Numbered from the stretch's first letter, positions 50,993 to 61,884 are shown. The stretch is 64,000 bases of DNA from a bacterium (GCA_024229275.1 JAAESQ010000672.1:163-64162); one strand, 5' to 3'. Program-made: numbers and translations. Notes: a model not told the origin generated them from the sequence alone.

Positions 50993-53900
50993 ATGAAGGT
51001 GATTCACCTCTTTCGCTATCCTGGTCTCGATCAACCAACCCTCAACCGATTGCTCGCTAGTACGAGAGCCCGAGTGTCGGCCGCGATCCAGGCCATTGAC
51101 TCGGAATTCTGCTTCAACGTCCAGCTCTCGCGCGACCTGCAATCAGATGAGCTGGATGTGCTGCGCTGGCTACTCAGCGAGACCTTCGACCCAGACGGCT
51201 TCGGCGAAACGTCTCTCCTCGAGGCCAAGGGCGATCCAATTCTCGAGGTCGGTCCAATTCTCGAGGTCGGTCCACGTCTCTCATTCTCGACGGCCTGGTC
51301 GACCAATGCCGTCGCCGTATGCCATGCGTGTGGGCTCGATGCCGTAGTCCGCATCGAACGTTCGCGGCGCTATCTGGTGCAAGCAACGAAAGACCTGAAT
51401 GGCACGCAGCAAGGCGCGCTTCTCGGTCTTCTTCACGATCGGATGACTGAGTGTGTCTATACGTCAGAGCTGTCCGACTTTGACCCCGGTGTGGAACCGG
51501 AGAACGTTCGAGCCGTACCCATCCTCAGCGAAGGCCGCGCGGCCCTTGAGGCCATCGATCGCGAAATGGGCCTCGCCTTCGACGAGTGGGATCTCGAGTA
51601 CTACACAAAACTGTTCCGCGACACCATTGGCAGAAATCCCACCTCGGTGGAGTGCTTTGACATCGCGCAGTCAAACAGCGAACACTCACGGCACTGGTTC
51701 TTCAAAGGGCGCCTGATCATCGACGGAGTCGAAGCTCAAAAACACCTTATCGCGCTCGTCACTGAGCCTCTCGAGGTAAACCGCAACAACTCCATTATCG
51801 CTTTTACCGACAACTCCAGCTCGATTCGAGGCTATGTGGTGAGAACGATGTCCCCACAGACCATCGGGATCCCAGGCCCCCTCGCACCTCAGGACCTCAA
51901 TCTCGATGTTCTTCTGACCGCAGAAACGCACAATTTCCCGTCGGGAGTCGCACCCTTTCCAGGCGCTGAGACCGGAACCGGTGGACGCCTCAGAGACACC
52001 CACGCAACCGGTCGCGGTTCATTGTTCGGCGCCGGCACGGCCGCCTATAGCGTCGGCAATCTCCACATTCCCGGCTACAAGCTCCCCTGGGAAGACGAGA
52101 GCTTCCTCTACCCACCTAACCTCGCCCCGCCACTGCAGATCGAAATCGAAGCTTCGAACGGCGCCTCAGACTACGGCAACAAGTTTGGCGAACCCGTAGT
52201 CCAAGGATTCACTCGCTCATGCGGCCTTCGATTGCCGGGCGGCGAACGGCGAGAGTGGATCAAACCGATCATGTTTTCAGGCGGCATCGGACAGATGGAT
52301 GCCCGTCACGCCACGAAAGGAAGTCCAAAACCCGGCATGCTGGTCATCAAGATCGGTGGCCCGGCGTATCGCATCGGCATGGGCGGCGGCGCCGCATCAA
52401 GCATGGTGCAGGGTGAGAACGCCGCCGAATTGGATTTCAACGCCGTCCAACGCGGTGATGCAGAGATGGAACAGAAGCTCAATCGCGTCATCCGAGCCTG
52501 CTGTGAACTAGGTGAGGACAATCCCATCGTCTCCATTCACGATCAGGGAGCGGGCGGCAACTGCAATGTCCTCAAAGAAATAGTCGAACCTGAAGGAGCG
52601 CGAATCGAGATTCGAGATGTGCTGCTCGGCGATGCAACTCTCTCGGTTCTTGAGATCTGGGGCGCCGAGTACCAGGAGAACGATGCACTTCTTATCCAGC
52701 CCCAACATCGAGAGTTGTTCGGGAATCTGTGCAGGCGGGAAAAAGTACCGTGGTCAGTGGTCGGCGAGATCACCGGCGACGGGCGTATCGTGGTTCACGA
52801 CGCATCGGACGATAGTACGCCGGTGAATCTCGAACTGAATCATGTACTCGGCGACATGCCGCAGAAGACTTTCGATCTAGCCCGGGTAGCACCACAACTC
52901 GAGCCACTAACTCTTCCTGAGGGCACGACAGCAGCCATGGCTCTAGATCGTGTATTGCGCCTTATCTCGGTCGGATCGAAACGCTTTCTGACAACCAAGG
53001 TCGATCGAGCTGTGACCGGCCTGATTGCACGCCAGCAATGCGCCGGGCCATTGCAGCTAACCGTTGCCGACGTTGCCGTTATCGCTCAGAGTCATCTCGC
53101 GACCACTGGTGCGGCTACGGCTATCGGGGAGCAGCCGCTCAAGGGCCTGGTTGACCCTGCGGCAATGGCCAGGATGAGCGTCGGCGAAGCCCTGACCAAT
53201 TTGGTGTGGGCGAGGGTGAGCGCGCTGCCTGACGTTCGCTGTTCGGCTAACTGGATGTGGGCAGCCAAGCTCGAGGGAGAAGGCGCTGCCCTTCATGACG
53301 CGCTCGTCGCTATGAAAGATCTAATGATCGAGCTTGGGATTGCGGTCGACGGCGGTAAGGACAGTCTGTCAATGGCGGCTCTCGCACCGACAGCAGATGG
53401 TTCGTCCGAGACGGTCAAAGCGCCGGGAGCGTTAGTCGTTTCGGCATATGTCACATGCCCCGATATTCGACAGACCGTAACTCCGGATCTCGAACTCGGC
53501 GACCGCGGTCGCCTGCTTTACCTCGACCTCGGCAGAGGCAAGTATCGTCTCGGCGGCTCGGCTCTAGCCCAGGTCTACAACCAGGTCGGCAACAGCTCAC
53601 CGGATGTCGAGGATGCGGGGCTTCTTGCCAGAGCGTTCGACGCTGTGCAGTTACTGATCGCTGATGGCGTCATAACTGCCGGACATGACCGATCGGATGG
53701 CGGTCTTGTGACGTGCCTTCTGGAGATGGCTTTCGCCGGCAATTGCGGAATTGACGTCGACATTCCAGCTGAAGCGTCACTTGATCCTCTTGACGTACTT
53801 TTCGCTGAAGAACTCGGACTCGTGATCGAGGTCGACAAGGCCGCCGTAGATACCGTCAGTGCCGCGTTTGCCCATGCTGAGGTGCCGTGCATCGCAATCG

Positions 53901-54940
53901 GCCGAGTCACGACGCAACCGACGATCAAACTCCGGATATCCGGACGCGAGGTGCTAACTGAGGTCATGCCTGCGCTACGCGATGTGTGGGAGGCTACTTC
54001 TTTCGAACTCGACCGCCTGCAGGCTGAGCCGGAATGTGTGGACCAGGAAATGCGTGATCTCCCACATCGTACCGGACCCTCATTCGGTCTCAGTTTTGAT
54101 CCCGCCCCTACACCCCCTGCGCTGCTCTCAGCTGAGAACAAACCTCGTGTCGCCGTGCTTCGTGAAGAAGGGTCCAACAGCGACCGCGAGATGGCTGCCG
54201 CATTCTGGATGGCCGGCTTCGAACCCTGGGACCTCACGATGAGCGACCTGGTCGCGGGGCGCGTCACCCTCGATGACTTTCGCGGCCTCACCATGGTCGG
54301 TGGATTCAGCTACGCTGACGTCTTGGACTCGGCCAAGGGCTGGGCAGGTACGATCCGTTTCAATCAATCGGTATGGTCACAGTTCGAGGATTTCTACGGC
54401 CGTTCGGACACCTTCAGTTTCGGAGTCTGCAACGGCTGCCAGCTCTTGGCGCTCCTCGGCTGGGTGCCTTGGCGGGGTGTCCCCGATTCCGATCAACCCC
54501 GTTTCATCCGTAACGCCTCAGGACGCTTCGAATCACGCTTCGCCACCGTGCGTATTCTTGAGAGCCCCGCCATCATGCTGAAGGGCATGGCCGGTTCCAC
54601 TCTCGGCCTTTGGGTGCAACATGGTGAGGGCCGAGCATACTTTCCCGAGAGGAGCATCCTCGACGAGGCGCTGGCCAACCAACTGGCACCTGTACGCTTC
54701 GTCGATGATGAAGGATGCATCACCGAGGCCTATCCGGCGAATCCTAACGGTTCGGCTGAAGGGATCACCGCACTATGCTCGCGCGATGGTCGACACCTGG
54801 CGATCATGCCTCATCCCGACCGAACCTTCATGAAGTGGCAGTGGGGGTGGATGCCGCCTGCTTGGCGCCGTGAACTGCCCGTCTCTCCGTGGTTGAGAAT
54901 GTTTCAGAATGCGAGAGCATGGTGTGAGGGAACGGAGTGA
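50993..54940 (+). CDS. purL: Large single-chain phosphoribosylformylglycinamidine synthase
   Basis: NSEHSRH, ETHNFP, KPIMFSGG, HDQGAGG, DGGKDSLSM, glutaminase GVCNGCQ and MPHPDR. Confidence 0.96.
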   Translation: MKVIHLFRYPGLDQPTLNRLLASTRARVSAAIQAIDSEFCFNVQLSRDLQSDELDVLRWLLSETFDPDGFGETSLLEAKGDPILEVGPILEVGPRLSFSTAWSTNAVAVCHACGLDAVVRIERSRRYLVQATKDLNGTQQGALLGLLHDRMTECVYTSELSDFDPGVEPENVRAVPILSEGRAALEAIDREMGLAFDEWDLEYYTKLFRDTIGRNPTSVECFDIAQSNSEHSRHWFFKGRLIIDGVEAQKHLIALVTEPLEVNRNNSIIAFTDNSSSIRGYVVRTMSPQTIGIPGPLAPQDLNLDVLLTAETHNFPSGVAPFPGAETGTGGRLRDTHATGRGSLFGAGTAAYSVGNLHIPGYKLPWEDESFLYPPNLAPPLQIEIEASNGASDYGNKFGEPVVQGFTRSCGLRLPGGERREWIKPIMFSGGIGQMDARHATKGSPKPGMLVIKIGGPAYRIGMGGGAASSMVQGENAAELDFNAVQRGDAEMEQKLNRVIRACCELGEDNPIVSIHDQGAGGNCNVLKEIVEPEGARIEIRDVLLGDATLSVLEIWGAEYQENDALLIQPQHRELFGNLCRREKVPWSVVGEITGDGRIVVHDASDDSTPVNLELNHVLGDMPQKTFDLARVAPQLEPLTLPEGTTAAMALDRVLRLISVGSKRFLTTKVDRAVTGLIARQQCAGPLQLTVADVAVIAQSHLATTGAATAIGEQPLKGLVDPAAMARMSVGEALTNLVWARVSALPDVRCSANWMWAAKLEGEGAALHDALVAMKDLMIELGIAVDGGKDSLSMAALAPTADGSSETVKAPGALVVSAYVTCPDIRQTVTPDLELGDRGRLLYLDLGRGKYRLGGSALAQVYNQVGNSSPDVEDAGLLARAFDAVQLLIADGVITAGHDRSDGGLVTCLLEMAFAGNCGIDVDIPAEASLDPLDVLFAEELGLVIEVDKAAVDTVSAAFAHAEVPCIAIGRVTTQPTIKLRISGREVLTEVMPALRDVWEATSFELDRLQAEPECVDQEMRDLPHRTGPSFGLSFDPAPTPPALLSAENKPRVAVLREEGSNSDREMAAAFWMAGFEPWDLTMSDLVAGRVTLDDFRGLTMVGGFSYADVLDSAKGWAGTIRFNQSVWSQFEDFYGRSDTFSFGVCNGCQLLALLGWVPWRGVPDSDQPRFIRNASGRFESRFATVRILESPAIMLKGMAGSTLGLWVQHGEGRAYFPERSILDEALANQLAPVRFVDDEGCITEAYPANPNGSAEGITALCSRDGRHLAIMPHPDRTFMKWQWGWMPPAWRRELPVSPWLRMFQNARAWCEGTE
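51236..51274 (+). repeat. Perfect 18-bp in-frame tandem duplication in purL
   Basis: CCAATTCTCGAGGTCGGT x2 + CCA, giving PILEVG-PILEVG-P. Confidence 0.9.
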
Positions 54941-55217
54941 GAGAAGGAGTACAAGCGCATCTGAACAACGAACGTAGGCGGTTGTAAGCTAATCGTCCCC
55001 CGCAGTCCGTGCTCGAGATCGATCACTCAGCGCCAAGGTTCACCGTAACGGTAGATTCTGCCAGTGCTTTTCCCGTGCGGTACCAGCCACGGTTTTTCGC
55101 ACTCGCGGACTTCTATGAGGGAGGGCAGAACAACTGTCGAAAAACCAGAGCCAGGTACGCGCCGCCGCACGGTAGATGCTCCCAACGCGCCTCGAGCCCC
55201 CAATTTCTATTTGGTGT

Positions 55218-56027
55218 TCAACGTTTTCGACGAGTCGATAGCGGCACTGGGTGAGTTTCGACGCGTAGGTCACCGTCCAAGGCTGCCACGCGCAACATGT
55301 CGCTCCGCGTCACGGCATGCACCGGAACAGTTTCCGAAACCGTTTCGGCAAGCGCCTGTTCGGCAAGATCGACACGGTTGTTCTCAGCTGACAGATGGAG
55401 GCCGACCAGAATCCGTACATCGGGCATACTCAAGCGGTCCAAAGCCTCTGCCGTCTGGTGGTTTCCAAGGTGACCGTGGCGCGAGGCAATCCTCTGTTTC
55501 AAAGGCCACGGATATGGTCCATGACGCAGCAGATCTGCGTCATGATTGGTCTCAACGAGTAGCCAGTCGCAGCCAGCTAAGCGCTGCTCAAGTAGCGGAG
55601 TGAAGACTCCAGTGTCGGTCACCACTCCGACGCGCCGGCGTCCGTCAGTGAAGACGAAACACACCGGCTCGCGGGCGTCGTGGCTTGTCGCAACCGGCAG
55701 TACACTGACGCCACCGATGAGAAGCTCCTTCCCCGAACTCAGCTCGCCACCCCCGCTGGTTCGCGCCGAGAGCTTGGACCACGTTCCAGCTGTTGCCCAC
55801 ACAGGAGTTGGATCCCGTTTGACGAGGACCTCAAGGCCTCGCACATGGTCGCTGTGTTCGTGGCTAACGAGAATCGCATCGACTTCGTCGATCGATCTTC
55901 CAAAGTGGGCGAGTCGACGACGAATCTGGGTCGCTGAAACCCCGGCGTCGATCAAAATCGAAGTTTCATTGAAACAGACTAGGGCAGAATTGCCACTCGA
56001 TCCCGAGGCGAGGACTAAAACCTCCAA
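55218..56027 (-). CDS. MBL-fold metallo-hydrolase (YycJ/WalJ-like)
   Basis: LASGSSGN, SHEHSDH, SHDA, TDTG, ETNHD, GHLGN, HLSAENN. Confidence 0.9.
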   Translation of the reverse strand: MEVLVLASGSSGNSALVCFNETSILIDAGVSATQIRRRLAHFGRSIDEVDAILVSHEHSDHVRGLEVLVKRDPTPVWATAGTWSKLSARTSGGGELSSGKELLIGGVSVLPVATSHDAREPVCFVFTDGRRRVGVVTDTGVFTPLLEQRLAGCDWLLVETNHDADLLRHGPYPWPLKQRIASRHGHLGNHQTAEALDRLSMPDVRILVGLHLSAENNRVDLAEQALAETVSETVPVHAVTRSDMLRVAALDGDLRVETHPVPLSTRRKR

Positions 56028-56030
56028 CGT

Positions 56031-56477
56031 CTATCTGCCCGTCGAGCCGAAGCCGCCGTCTCCGCGATCGGAGGAATCTGCTGACACCACCTCATGGAAT
56101 GCAGCACGCTGAACCGGCGCGAGTACGAGCTGGGCAATGCGTTCACCACGCTTGATGGTCACAGATTCCCTGCCGAGATTGATCAGAATGACCTTAACCT
56201 CACCGCGATAATCTGAGTCAATGGTGCCGGGAGCATTGACCAGTGCTATGCCATATTTCAAAGCCAAGCCGGACCGTGGCCTCACCTGGGCTTCGTAACC
56301 CTCGGGAATCTCGAAAACCAAGCCAGTAGGTACCGCCGCTCGGTCGCCGTTCTCGAGAATGAGGTCATCCACGACGGCAGCGCACAGGTCGGCGCCGGCT
56401 GCACCCGCGCTGGCGTACCTCGGTAGCGACAGTCCCTCCGCATGTGGAAGTCGCACTACGTTTATGTCGAGGATCAT
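56031..56477 (-). CDS. dut: dUTP diphosphatase
   Basis: [37 protein letters not shown]. Confidence 0.97.
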   Translation of the reverse strand: MILDINVVRLPHAEGLSLPRYASAGAAGADLCAAVVDDLILENGDRAAVPTGLVFEIPEGYEAQVRPRSGLALKYGIALVNAPGTIDSDYRGEVKVILINLGRESVTIKRGERIAQLVLAPVQRAAFHEVVSADSSDRGDGGFGSTGR

Positions 56478-57712
56478 GCAACACGCTCCACGAAACCCTC
56501 AGGGGCGGCCACAGCAGACGCCATCTGGTCAAGGTCTAGAATTCGCCGAGACAGACCCGCAACCTCATCTCGCGTGACGGCGTTGATCTCGGCGGCGGTT
56601 TGTTCGAAGTCAAAACTGCGGCCACGCTCGAGCAACTCAGAGACCTCGAGCGCACACAATCCGTCGGTCGTTTCGGCATCCATCGCAAGGCCTCGACGTA
56701 GGCCTTCCTTCGCGATATCGACTTCTTCTTTGCTCGGACCATGGCACGCGAGTCGGCGAATTTCTTCACAAACAACTCTTTGCGCATTGTCGAATACCGT
56801 CGGAGAGCAGGTCCATCCCACCTCGAGCAGCCCACCCAGGGACCGCGCGACGGGGTTGGACCAGATGTCGTACGTCAGACCTTCGCCTTCACGGAGGCGC
56901 TGGAAAAGGCGGCTCGACGCTCCCGACCCAAGGACTCTATTGAGAAGGATCAAGGTCATTCCTGCAGGATCCGATGAGGACAAACCTTCAAAGGCCAGCC
57001 GTACATGAACTTGGTCTGTGATGCTCCGCGTTTGCCAGAGCCTCCGCCCTGCCCAGGTGATTGGCGGAAGTGACGGACGCAATGGAGGAGAAGCAAGTGG
57101 CAAACGGGCGGTCAGTTGCACGAGGTCCACCGGATCAACGTCGCCGACGACCGCAACCAGAAGATTCCCCGGTTGAATCAGAGAGCGGTGGTGGTGCCGC
57201 ATTCTCTCAGCCGAAAGACTCTCGAGGGAATCCTCGCTGCCGATGATCGGTCGCGCGAGCGGGTGGTCTCCCCATGCGGCTGTGAGAACAGCTTCCTCAA
57301 CCTGCTCAACTGGATCATCTTGGATCAGCTGTAACTCGGCAAGGATAACCCTGCGTTCAAGTTCGAGGTCCACCGCCGCGAAAGTCGGTTCGAGAATCGC
57401 GTCGGAGATCAGGTCGATCGCCGATCCAACAGCATCTCGCGTTGTTTGCACCGTGAGACCCATCATCTCGGCGCCTGTCCACGCGTCCACTCCACCGCCA
57501 AGACGATCCATGGTCTCAGCTAACGAGCGCCTGTCTCGGCTTCCACATTGACGCAATGTGAGGTGCTCAATCATGTGAGTGGCACCCGCCAGTGACTGTG
57601 GATCATGGGCCGCTCCACGCAAACTCCAGAGCCCGACCGTCACGCCGTGCCGGTTTGGCAATCGGCGCACAATAAGGCTCGAGCCTGCGTTGAAAACAGA
57701 GATCCTGCCCAT
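56474..57712 (-). CDS. M16 family (pitrilysin-like) zinc peptidase
   Basis: HMIEH inverted zincin motif, [23 protein letters not shown]. Confidence 0.88.
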   Translation of the reverse strand: MGRISVFNAGSSLIVRRLPNRHGVTVGLWSLRGAAHDPQSLAGATHMIEHLTLRQCGSRDRRSLAETMDRLGGGVDAWTGAEMMGLTVQTTRDAVGSAIDLISDAILEPTFAAVDLELERRVILAELQLIQDDPVEQVEEAVLTAAWGDHPLARPIIGSEDSLESLSAERMRHHHRSLIQPGNLLVAVVGDVDPVDLVQLTARLPLASPPLRPSLPPITWAGRRLWQTRSITDQVHVRLAFEGLSSSDPAGMTLILLNRVLGSGASSRLFQRLREGEGLTYDIWSNPVARSLGGLLEVGWTCSPTVFDNAQRVVCEEIRRLACHGPSKEEVDIAKEGLRRGLAMDAETTDGLCALEVSELLERGRSFDFEQTAAEINAVTRDEVAGLSRRILDLDQMASAVAAPEGFVERVA

Positions 57713-57755
57713 CTCAGCCGCGGAGTGTACTACACGAACAGAACGACGACGACAC

Positions 57756-58529
57756 TTACCGGAATGGCGTAACTTTGGGTGGTTGATTGCCCCCACTGCC
57801 ACCGCCGATGCCTGTACCGGAGCCTGTACCGGTGCCAATACCAGTACCTGTCCCTGTCCCTGTACCGGTGCCTGTTCCGGTACCGGTGCCAGTACCCGAT
57901 CCTGTACCCGCGCCGCCTGTCTGCTGGTCCTGCGGCCGATACACGAACTTCCACTCAGTGCATTCCGATAAACCTTCGTAGACACGCATGGTTGGCAATG
58001 GGCCGCAGTTCGTTGGCTCCACGCCGATGATCGGGCCCCTCTTCTGCTCTGCCCCGCCGCTGAACATTGACCCACTTTGAGGCCGTGGCGTCGGCGTGGG
58101 AGTCGGCGTCGGCAAACCGGTTTTCGGGTTTCGGCGTTTTCTCTTGCCGTCTTGACCAACAAAGATGGGTTCCCAGTCAAGCTCGCCGGTGAAGGGATTC
58201 GTGTACTTCTTTCGAATCACCTTAGGATCCGCCTCCCAGATCTCTTTCATCGTGACCGGGAGGCGACCGTACTTCTTCTGATACAGGCGAATTGCCTCGG
58301 CATATTGCAGGCCACGAAAGATGACCTCAGCCTCTCGATCTCGCTGCATTGTGCGCGAGGCTTGCTGGAATGCAGCACCCATCATGATCGCCATCACCAT
58401 CAGGATGATGACAAACGCCACCATGGTATATCCGTTCTCGGCAGACGTTCTTGATGAGCAAGTCTGTGTGGGGTTCAAATCACTCAATCCAGAGCGCTCC
58501 TTCCAGCGGCAGGGCTCAAACTCTGGCAC
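57756..58529 (-). CDS. Minor pseudopilin (GspK/PilX-like, no Glu at +5) with PT and GT low-complexity tracts; start may be about 58487
   Basis: G|YTMVAFVIIL prepilin-like helix, REAE, IRKKYTNP. Confidence 0.72.
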   Translation of the reverse strand: MPEFEPCRWKERSGLSDLNPTQTCSSRTSAENGYTMVAFVIILMVMAIMMGAAFQQASRTMQRDREAEVIFRGLQYAEAIRLYQKKYGRLPVTMKEIWEADPKVIRKKYTNPFTGELDWEPIFVGQDGKRKRRNPKTGLPTPTPTPTPRPQSGSMFSGGAEQKRGPIIGVEPTNCGPLPTMRVYEGLSECTEWKFVYRPQDQQTGGAGTGSGTGTGTGTGTGTGTGTGTGIGTGTGSGTGIGGGSGGNQPPKVTPFR

Positions 58530-58532
58530 TGA

Positions 58533-58997
58533 TCAAAACTCGGAGTACGCTTGGCCGTCGAGGAAGTTTCCCTCAGCATTGGAGTGGACGTCTTGGATGC
58601 CAGGGCCTCCACCCATCTCGTCAATCGGTTGCAGATCTTCCTCATCTTCCGCCGTGGGATGGACAACTACCCAGTCCGCCTCCCCGGTTATCGGGTCTTT
58701 GGGAACCTGCCTCAGGTAGCCGCGATCTTCAAGCTCGTCCAAAGATGCCGGGTAATGACCATGGTCCGCAAGATACTGGTCAATGCACGATCGCATGGTG
58801 AAGAGATCCTCCTTGAGAACGGCCTCCTTTGCGCGTCGCGGCGCCTCCCGCATCGCGGGCAGCGCGATGGTCGCGAGAATCGAGATGATGGCAATGACGA
58901 TCAGGAGTTCAATGAGGGTGAATCCTCTCGCATTCGACCGCCTGCCGGACCGTGCCATGCACTGTATAAACCTGATCCTTGTCATAGTACTTACCAA
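58533..58997 (-). CDS. Type II secretion/type IV pilus pseudopilin (GspG-like)
   Basis: G|FTLIELLIVIAII N-methylation motif; YLRQVPKDP. Confidence 0.88.
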   Translation of the reverse strand: MVSTMTRIRFIQCMARSGRRSNARGFTLIELLIVIAIISILATIALPAMREAPRRAKEAVLKEDLFTMRSCIDQYLADHGHYPASLDELEDRGYLRQVPKDPITGEADWVVVHPTAEDEEDLQPIDEMGGGPGIQDVHSNAEGNFLDGQAYSEF

Positions 58998-59464
58998 TCT
59001 ATGTACTCGGTTCCATCTATGGCAACAGCCTCCGACGTCGAATAGACGTCATAGACGTTCTCACCACCCCACCCAGTGCTGTCCCAGTCGTCCTGATAGC
59101 TGCGCAGCCCCCATTCCTGGGAGTCAGTCATCGGATCTCGCGGAATGCGGCGTAAGAACCGATACTTCGTTTTTTGACCGACGAGTTGGACACCCTCGAC
59201 CAACTCTTCGAGAGTCTCTGGGTATCCTTCACCGCCGAGCGTAACCGGGATCATGCCGGAATCGGAGAGTCGCTTGTATTCGTCGATTGCTGTCCGCATT
59301 TGGCGCAACGCCAATCTCAACTCGATCTCTTTGTGACGTTTGACGTTGAACTTAGCTATCGGCATCGCCATCCCTGCGAGAAGCGCAATGAGCGCCGCAA
59401 CCATCACCATCTCGGCGAGAGTGAATCCACGCTCAGAGCGATGGTGCAAACGGACGACACTCAT
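58991..59464 (-). CDS. Type II secretion/type IV pilus pseudopilin (GspG-like)
   Basis: G|FTLAEMV motif; FLRRIPRDPMT, VYDVYS. Confidence 0.88.
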   Translation of the reverse strand: MSVVRLHHRSERGFTLAEMVMVAALIALLAGMAMPIAKFNVKRHKEIELRLALRQMRTAIDEYKRLSDSGMIPVTLGGEGYPETLEELVEGVQLVGQKTKYRFLRRIPRDPMTDSQEWGLRSYQDDWDSTGWGGENVYDVYSTSEAVAIDGTEYIDW

Positions 59465-61884
59465 CTCAAAGGCTCCACCGTGCGCTTCTCATCGAGCACC
59501 ACGACAGCGCCGTCTGAGGTCGCAACGCCTGCGGTATGGCCGTCTTCTAAGTGCGCTCCACCTGAACTCAGAATGAGTCCGGATGGTCCACTGCCGATTC
59601 CTCGCATGCGAAGGGTTGCGAGTACTTGTGGGAGAGCGCCTGGCCGAGCTATCCACGCCTCGAGCTGCAGCCAACCACGAGTCGGCTCCAGCTTGTGGTC
59701 AAGCAGGGTCAAGGCGTCAGTTGGTTCAATCGCTTCGATCTCGATGCGATCAGGGTCGAACGAAATGCCAAGCGGCAACATCTGGACTCCGTCAGCTGCG
59801 ATGGAGACAAGGTCTACTTCGACGACCTCGCCAGGCTCGATCGTAACAATCCCAGGGTCAAGCCGAATCTGAATCGGCATCGTACGCCCGCGCTCAATGT
59901 CTTGCTCGGCAGTCGGAACTGTCGCGTTGAGCGCTGCAGTGTCAGCAACTTCATTTGCATCTAGAAGATCAACACCTTCAGAGGGAAAAGATTGTCCACT
60001 TATGGCTCTCCCACTCGGTCTCGGGACCAATTCCTCGCCTCTGGACTCCTGGCGCTGTGGTTCCTCACGGGGCGGCGTAGCCGTCGGTTGCTGCCGCCTA
60101 TTGTCACGCGGTTGCCGGCGAATAGGCTGGGCATCAAACGGTCCGCGCCTACCGGCGCCTGACTGGACCCGTGGCGAGGCGCCGTGAAAAGAGATTCTAC
60201 TCTCAGTGCCAACCCAGACCGGCGCCAGATCCTCTTCCTGAATATCCGGGAAGCGGACGATGTGCGGAGTTAGAGTCAGCACCAGATCAGTTCGCTTGAC
60301 AGTCTCGGCTTTGTTGGTGAAGAGGCGACCCAGCAGAGGAATATCGGAGAGCAGTGGAGTTTTGACGATCCCCACCGTCTTGTCGTTGCGGAAGAGGCCG
60401 GCGAGCAGGCTCGTCTCACCATCCTGCAGTCGTATCACTGTTGTGATGGTCCGTGTCCCGATCGTCACAGCGCTCTGCTGGGGACCGACACTGACTTCCT
60501 CCCCGAGGTTAGAGACTTCGACAGTTAGATTCATCGTCACCTCACGGTTGTGATGAACCCGCGGTTCGACATCGATCTTGATGCCGATGTCCTGGTACTG
60601 GAACGACGTGATCGGCACGACGTTACCGCCGATTGAGTTCCCGGTGTTGAAGCTGGTAACCGGGATCGGGACCTTGTCACCGATGTGAAGCTGCGCTTTC
60701 TCACCTTCGGTGACCCGCAACTGCGGTTGTGCAAGTACCTCTGCCTCGCCCGATGTCTTGACGAGATTAATAATCACGCTCGGAACGTTGATGAACCAGT
60801 TGCTACGTGTAATGTTCTTGAAGTCGTCGAGGCCCAAAAACCCTGCAGGGGCATCTGGGTTGACCGCAGCGGTGTCGAGTCCCAGGGTGTAGCTGTACGT
60901 CGACAGGGTCGCGCCAAGATTCGAAGTGTTGGAAGAGGCAATGAGCAGCAGCTCAACATCGACGAGAAGTTCGGCCTTCGCCTTGTCGCTGATCTCGATG
61001 AGCTTCTCCGCGATCGCAACCTTGTCGGCGGTATCACGCAGGGTAATTGAGTTGAGCTGTTCGTTGGTCGCCAGGCGGCGCGCTTCGATGAGGCTCCGCA
61101 GGAGTTTGTCAACATCCTTGACATCGGCGTTGGAGAGGAAAAACGTCTTGATGACGAGGTCCTCATACTCTCGCCGGTTCTGCGGCGTATCCTCGACGAT
61201 GATGATCGTACCGCTGTCGAAGACCTTGTAAAAGTGACCGGCGGCCTGCATCACCAACTCGAGAGCCTGTTCGGCTGTGACCTCGGTCAGCTCGATCGAG
61301 AGCTTGTTGTCCTTCAATTTCGGGTCGAAGAGTGCGTTGAAACCGTAGGCCTTGCCGATCGCGCGATAGATCTCTTTGAGCGGTTTTGCCTTAGGAAAGT
61401 TGAGGGTTATTTCTTCATTCGACTTGGGATCGAGCACCGGCGGTTTGACTTTGAGTTCACGTGCCCGCTCCTTCATCTCTTTCAAAGTATCTGCGCCACC
61501 CGGTTGAGACAAGATAGCGATCTCTGCCCGAAGATCTTCAAGCACCTGAGCGGCAAACTGATGTGTCGGATCAAGCTGAACAGCCATCCGCAACTCATCA
61601 CGGGCTGCTATCACCTGACCGAGGTCGATCAGAGCATTGCCGCGACGGAAATGATCTTGCGCGGCTTTCTGTCGCGCACGAGTGAGTTCCATGCGGAACT
61701 GGACGTTGTCCGGATCCGAGGCCAAAGCTTCCAGGTAGTAGTAGACTGCGGCATCCCAGTTGCGATGCGCGACTGCATCCTCACCCTTGCCGGCGGCCCG
61801 CTGTGATGCGCAGCCCAATGCCGCCAGACAGAGTCCAGCGAGCACGGTCCGCAAGAACACACTATTTCTCTGCCAACGCTTCAC
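59461..61884 (-). CDS. Secretin (GspD/PilQ family) lipoprotein with N-terminal TPR and C-terminal cohesin-like domain
   Basis: Lipobox ALGC; TPR helices; LAQPQLR..GEKA..HIGDKVPI, DGETSLLAGL, PLLSDIPLLGRLF, LTPHIV. Confidence 0.9.
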   Translation of the reverse strand: MKRWQRNSVFLRTVLAGLCLAALGCASQRAAGKGEDAVAHRNWDAAVYYYLEALASDPDNVQFRMELTRARQKAAQDHFRRGNALIDLGQVIAARDELRMAVQLDPTHQFAAQVLEDLRAEIAILSQPGGADTLKEMKERARELKVKPPVLDPKSNEEITLNFPKAKPLKEIYRAIGKAYGFNALFDPKLKDNKLSIELTEVTAEQALELVMQAAGHFYKVFDSGTIIIVEDTPQNRREYEDLVIKTFFLSNADVKDVDKLLRSLIEARRLATNEQLNSITLRDTADKVAIAEKLIEISDKAKAELLVDVELLLIASSNTSNLGATLSTYSYTLGLDTAAVNPDAPAGFLGLDDFKNITRSNWFINVPSVIINLVKTSGEAEVLAQPQLRVTEGEKAQLHIGDKVPIPVTSFNTGNSIGGNVVPITSFQYQDIGIKIDVEPRVHHNREVTMNLTVEVSNLGEEVSVGPQQSAVTIGTRTITTVIRLQDGETSLLAGLFRNDKTVGIVKTPLLSDIPLLGRLFTNKAETVKRTDLVLTLTPHIVRFPDIQEEDLAPVWVGTESRISFHGASPRVQSGAGRRGPFDAQPIRRQPRDNRRQQPTATPPREEPQRQESRGEELVPRPSGRAISGQSFPSEGVDLLDANEVADTAALNATVPTAEQDIERGRTMPIQIRLDPGIVTIEPGEVVEVDLVSIAADGVQMLPLGISFDPDRIEIEAIEPTDALTLLDHKLEPTRGWLQLEAWIARPGALPQVLATLRMRGIGSGPSGLILSSGGAHLEDGHTAGVATSDGAVVVLDEKRTVEPLR

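Noticed and set aside
54955-54990. Integron attC-like site after purL
   Set aside because: No properly paired RYYYAAC/GTTRRRY boxes and no integrase or cassette array.
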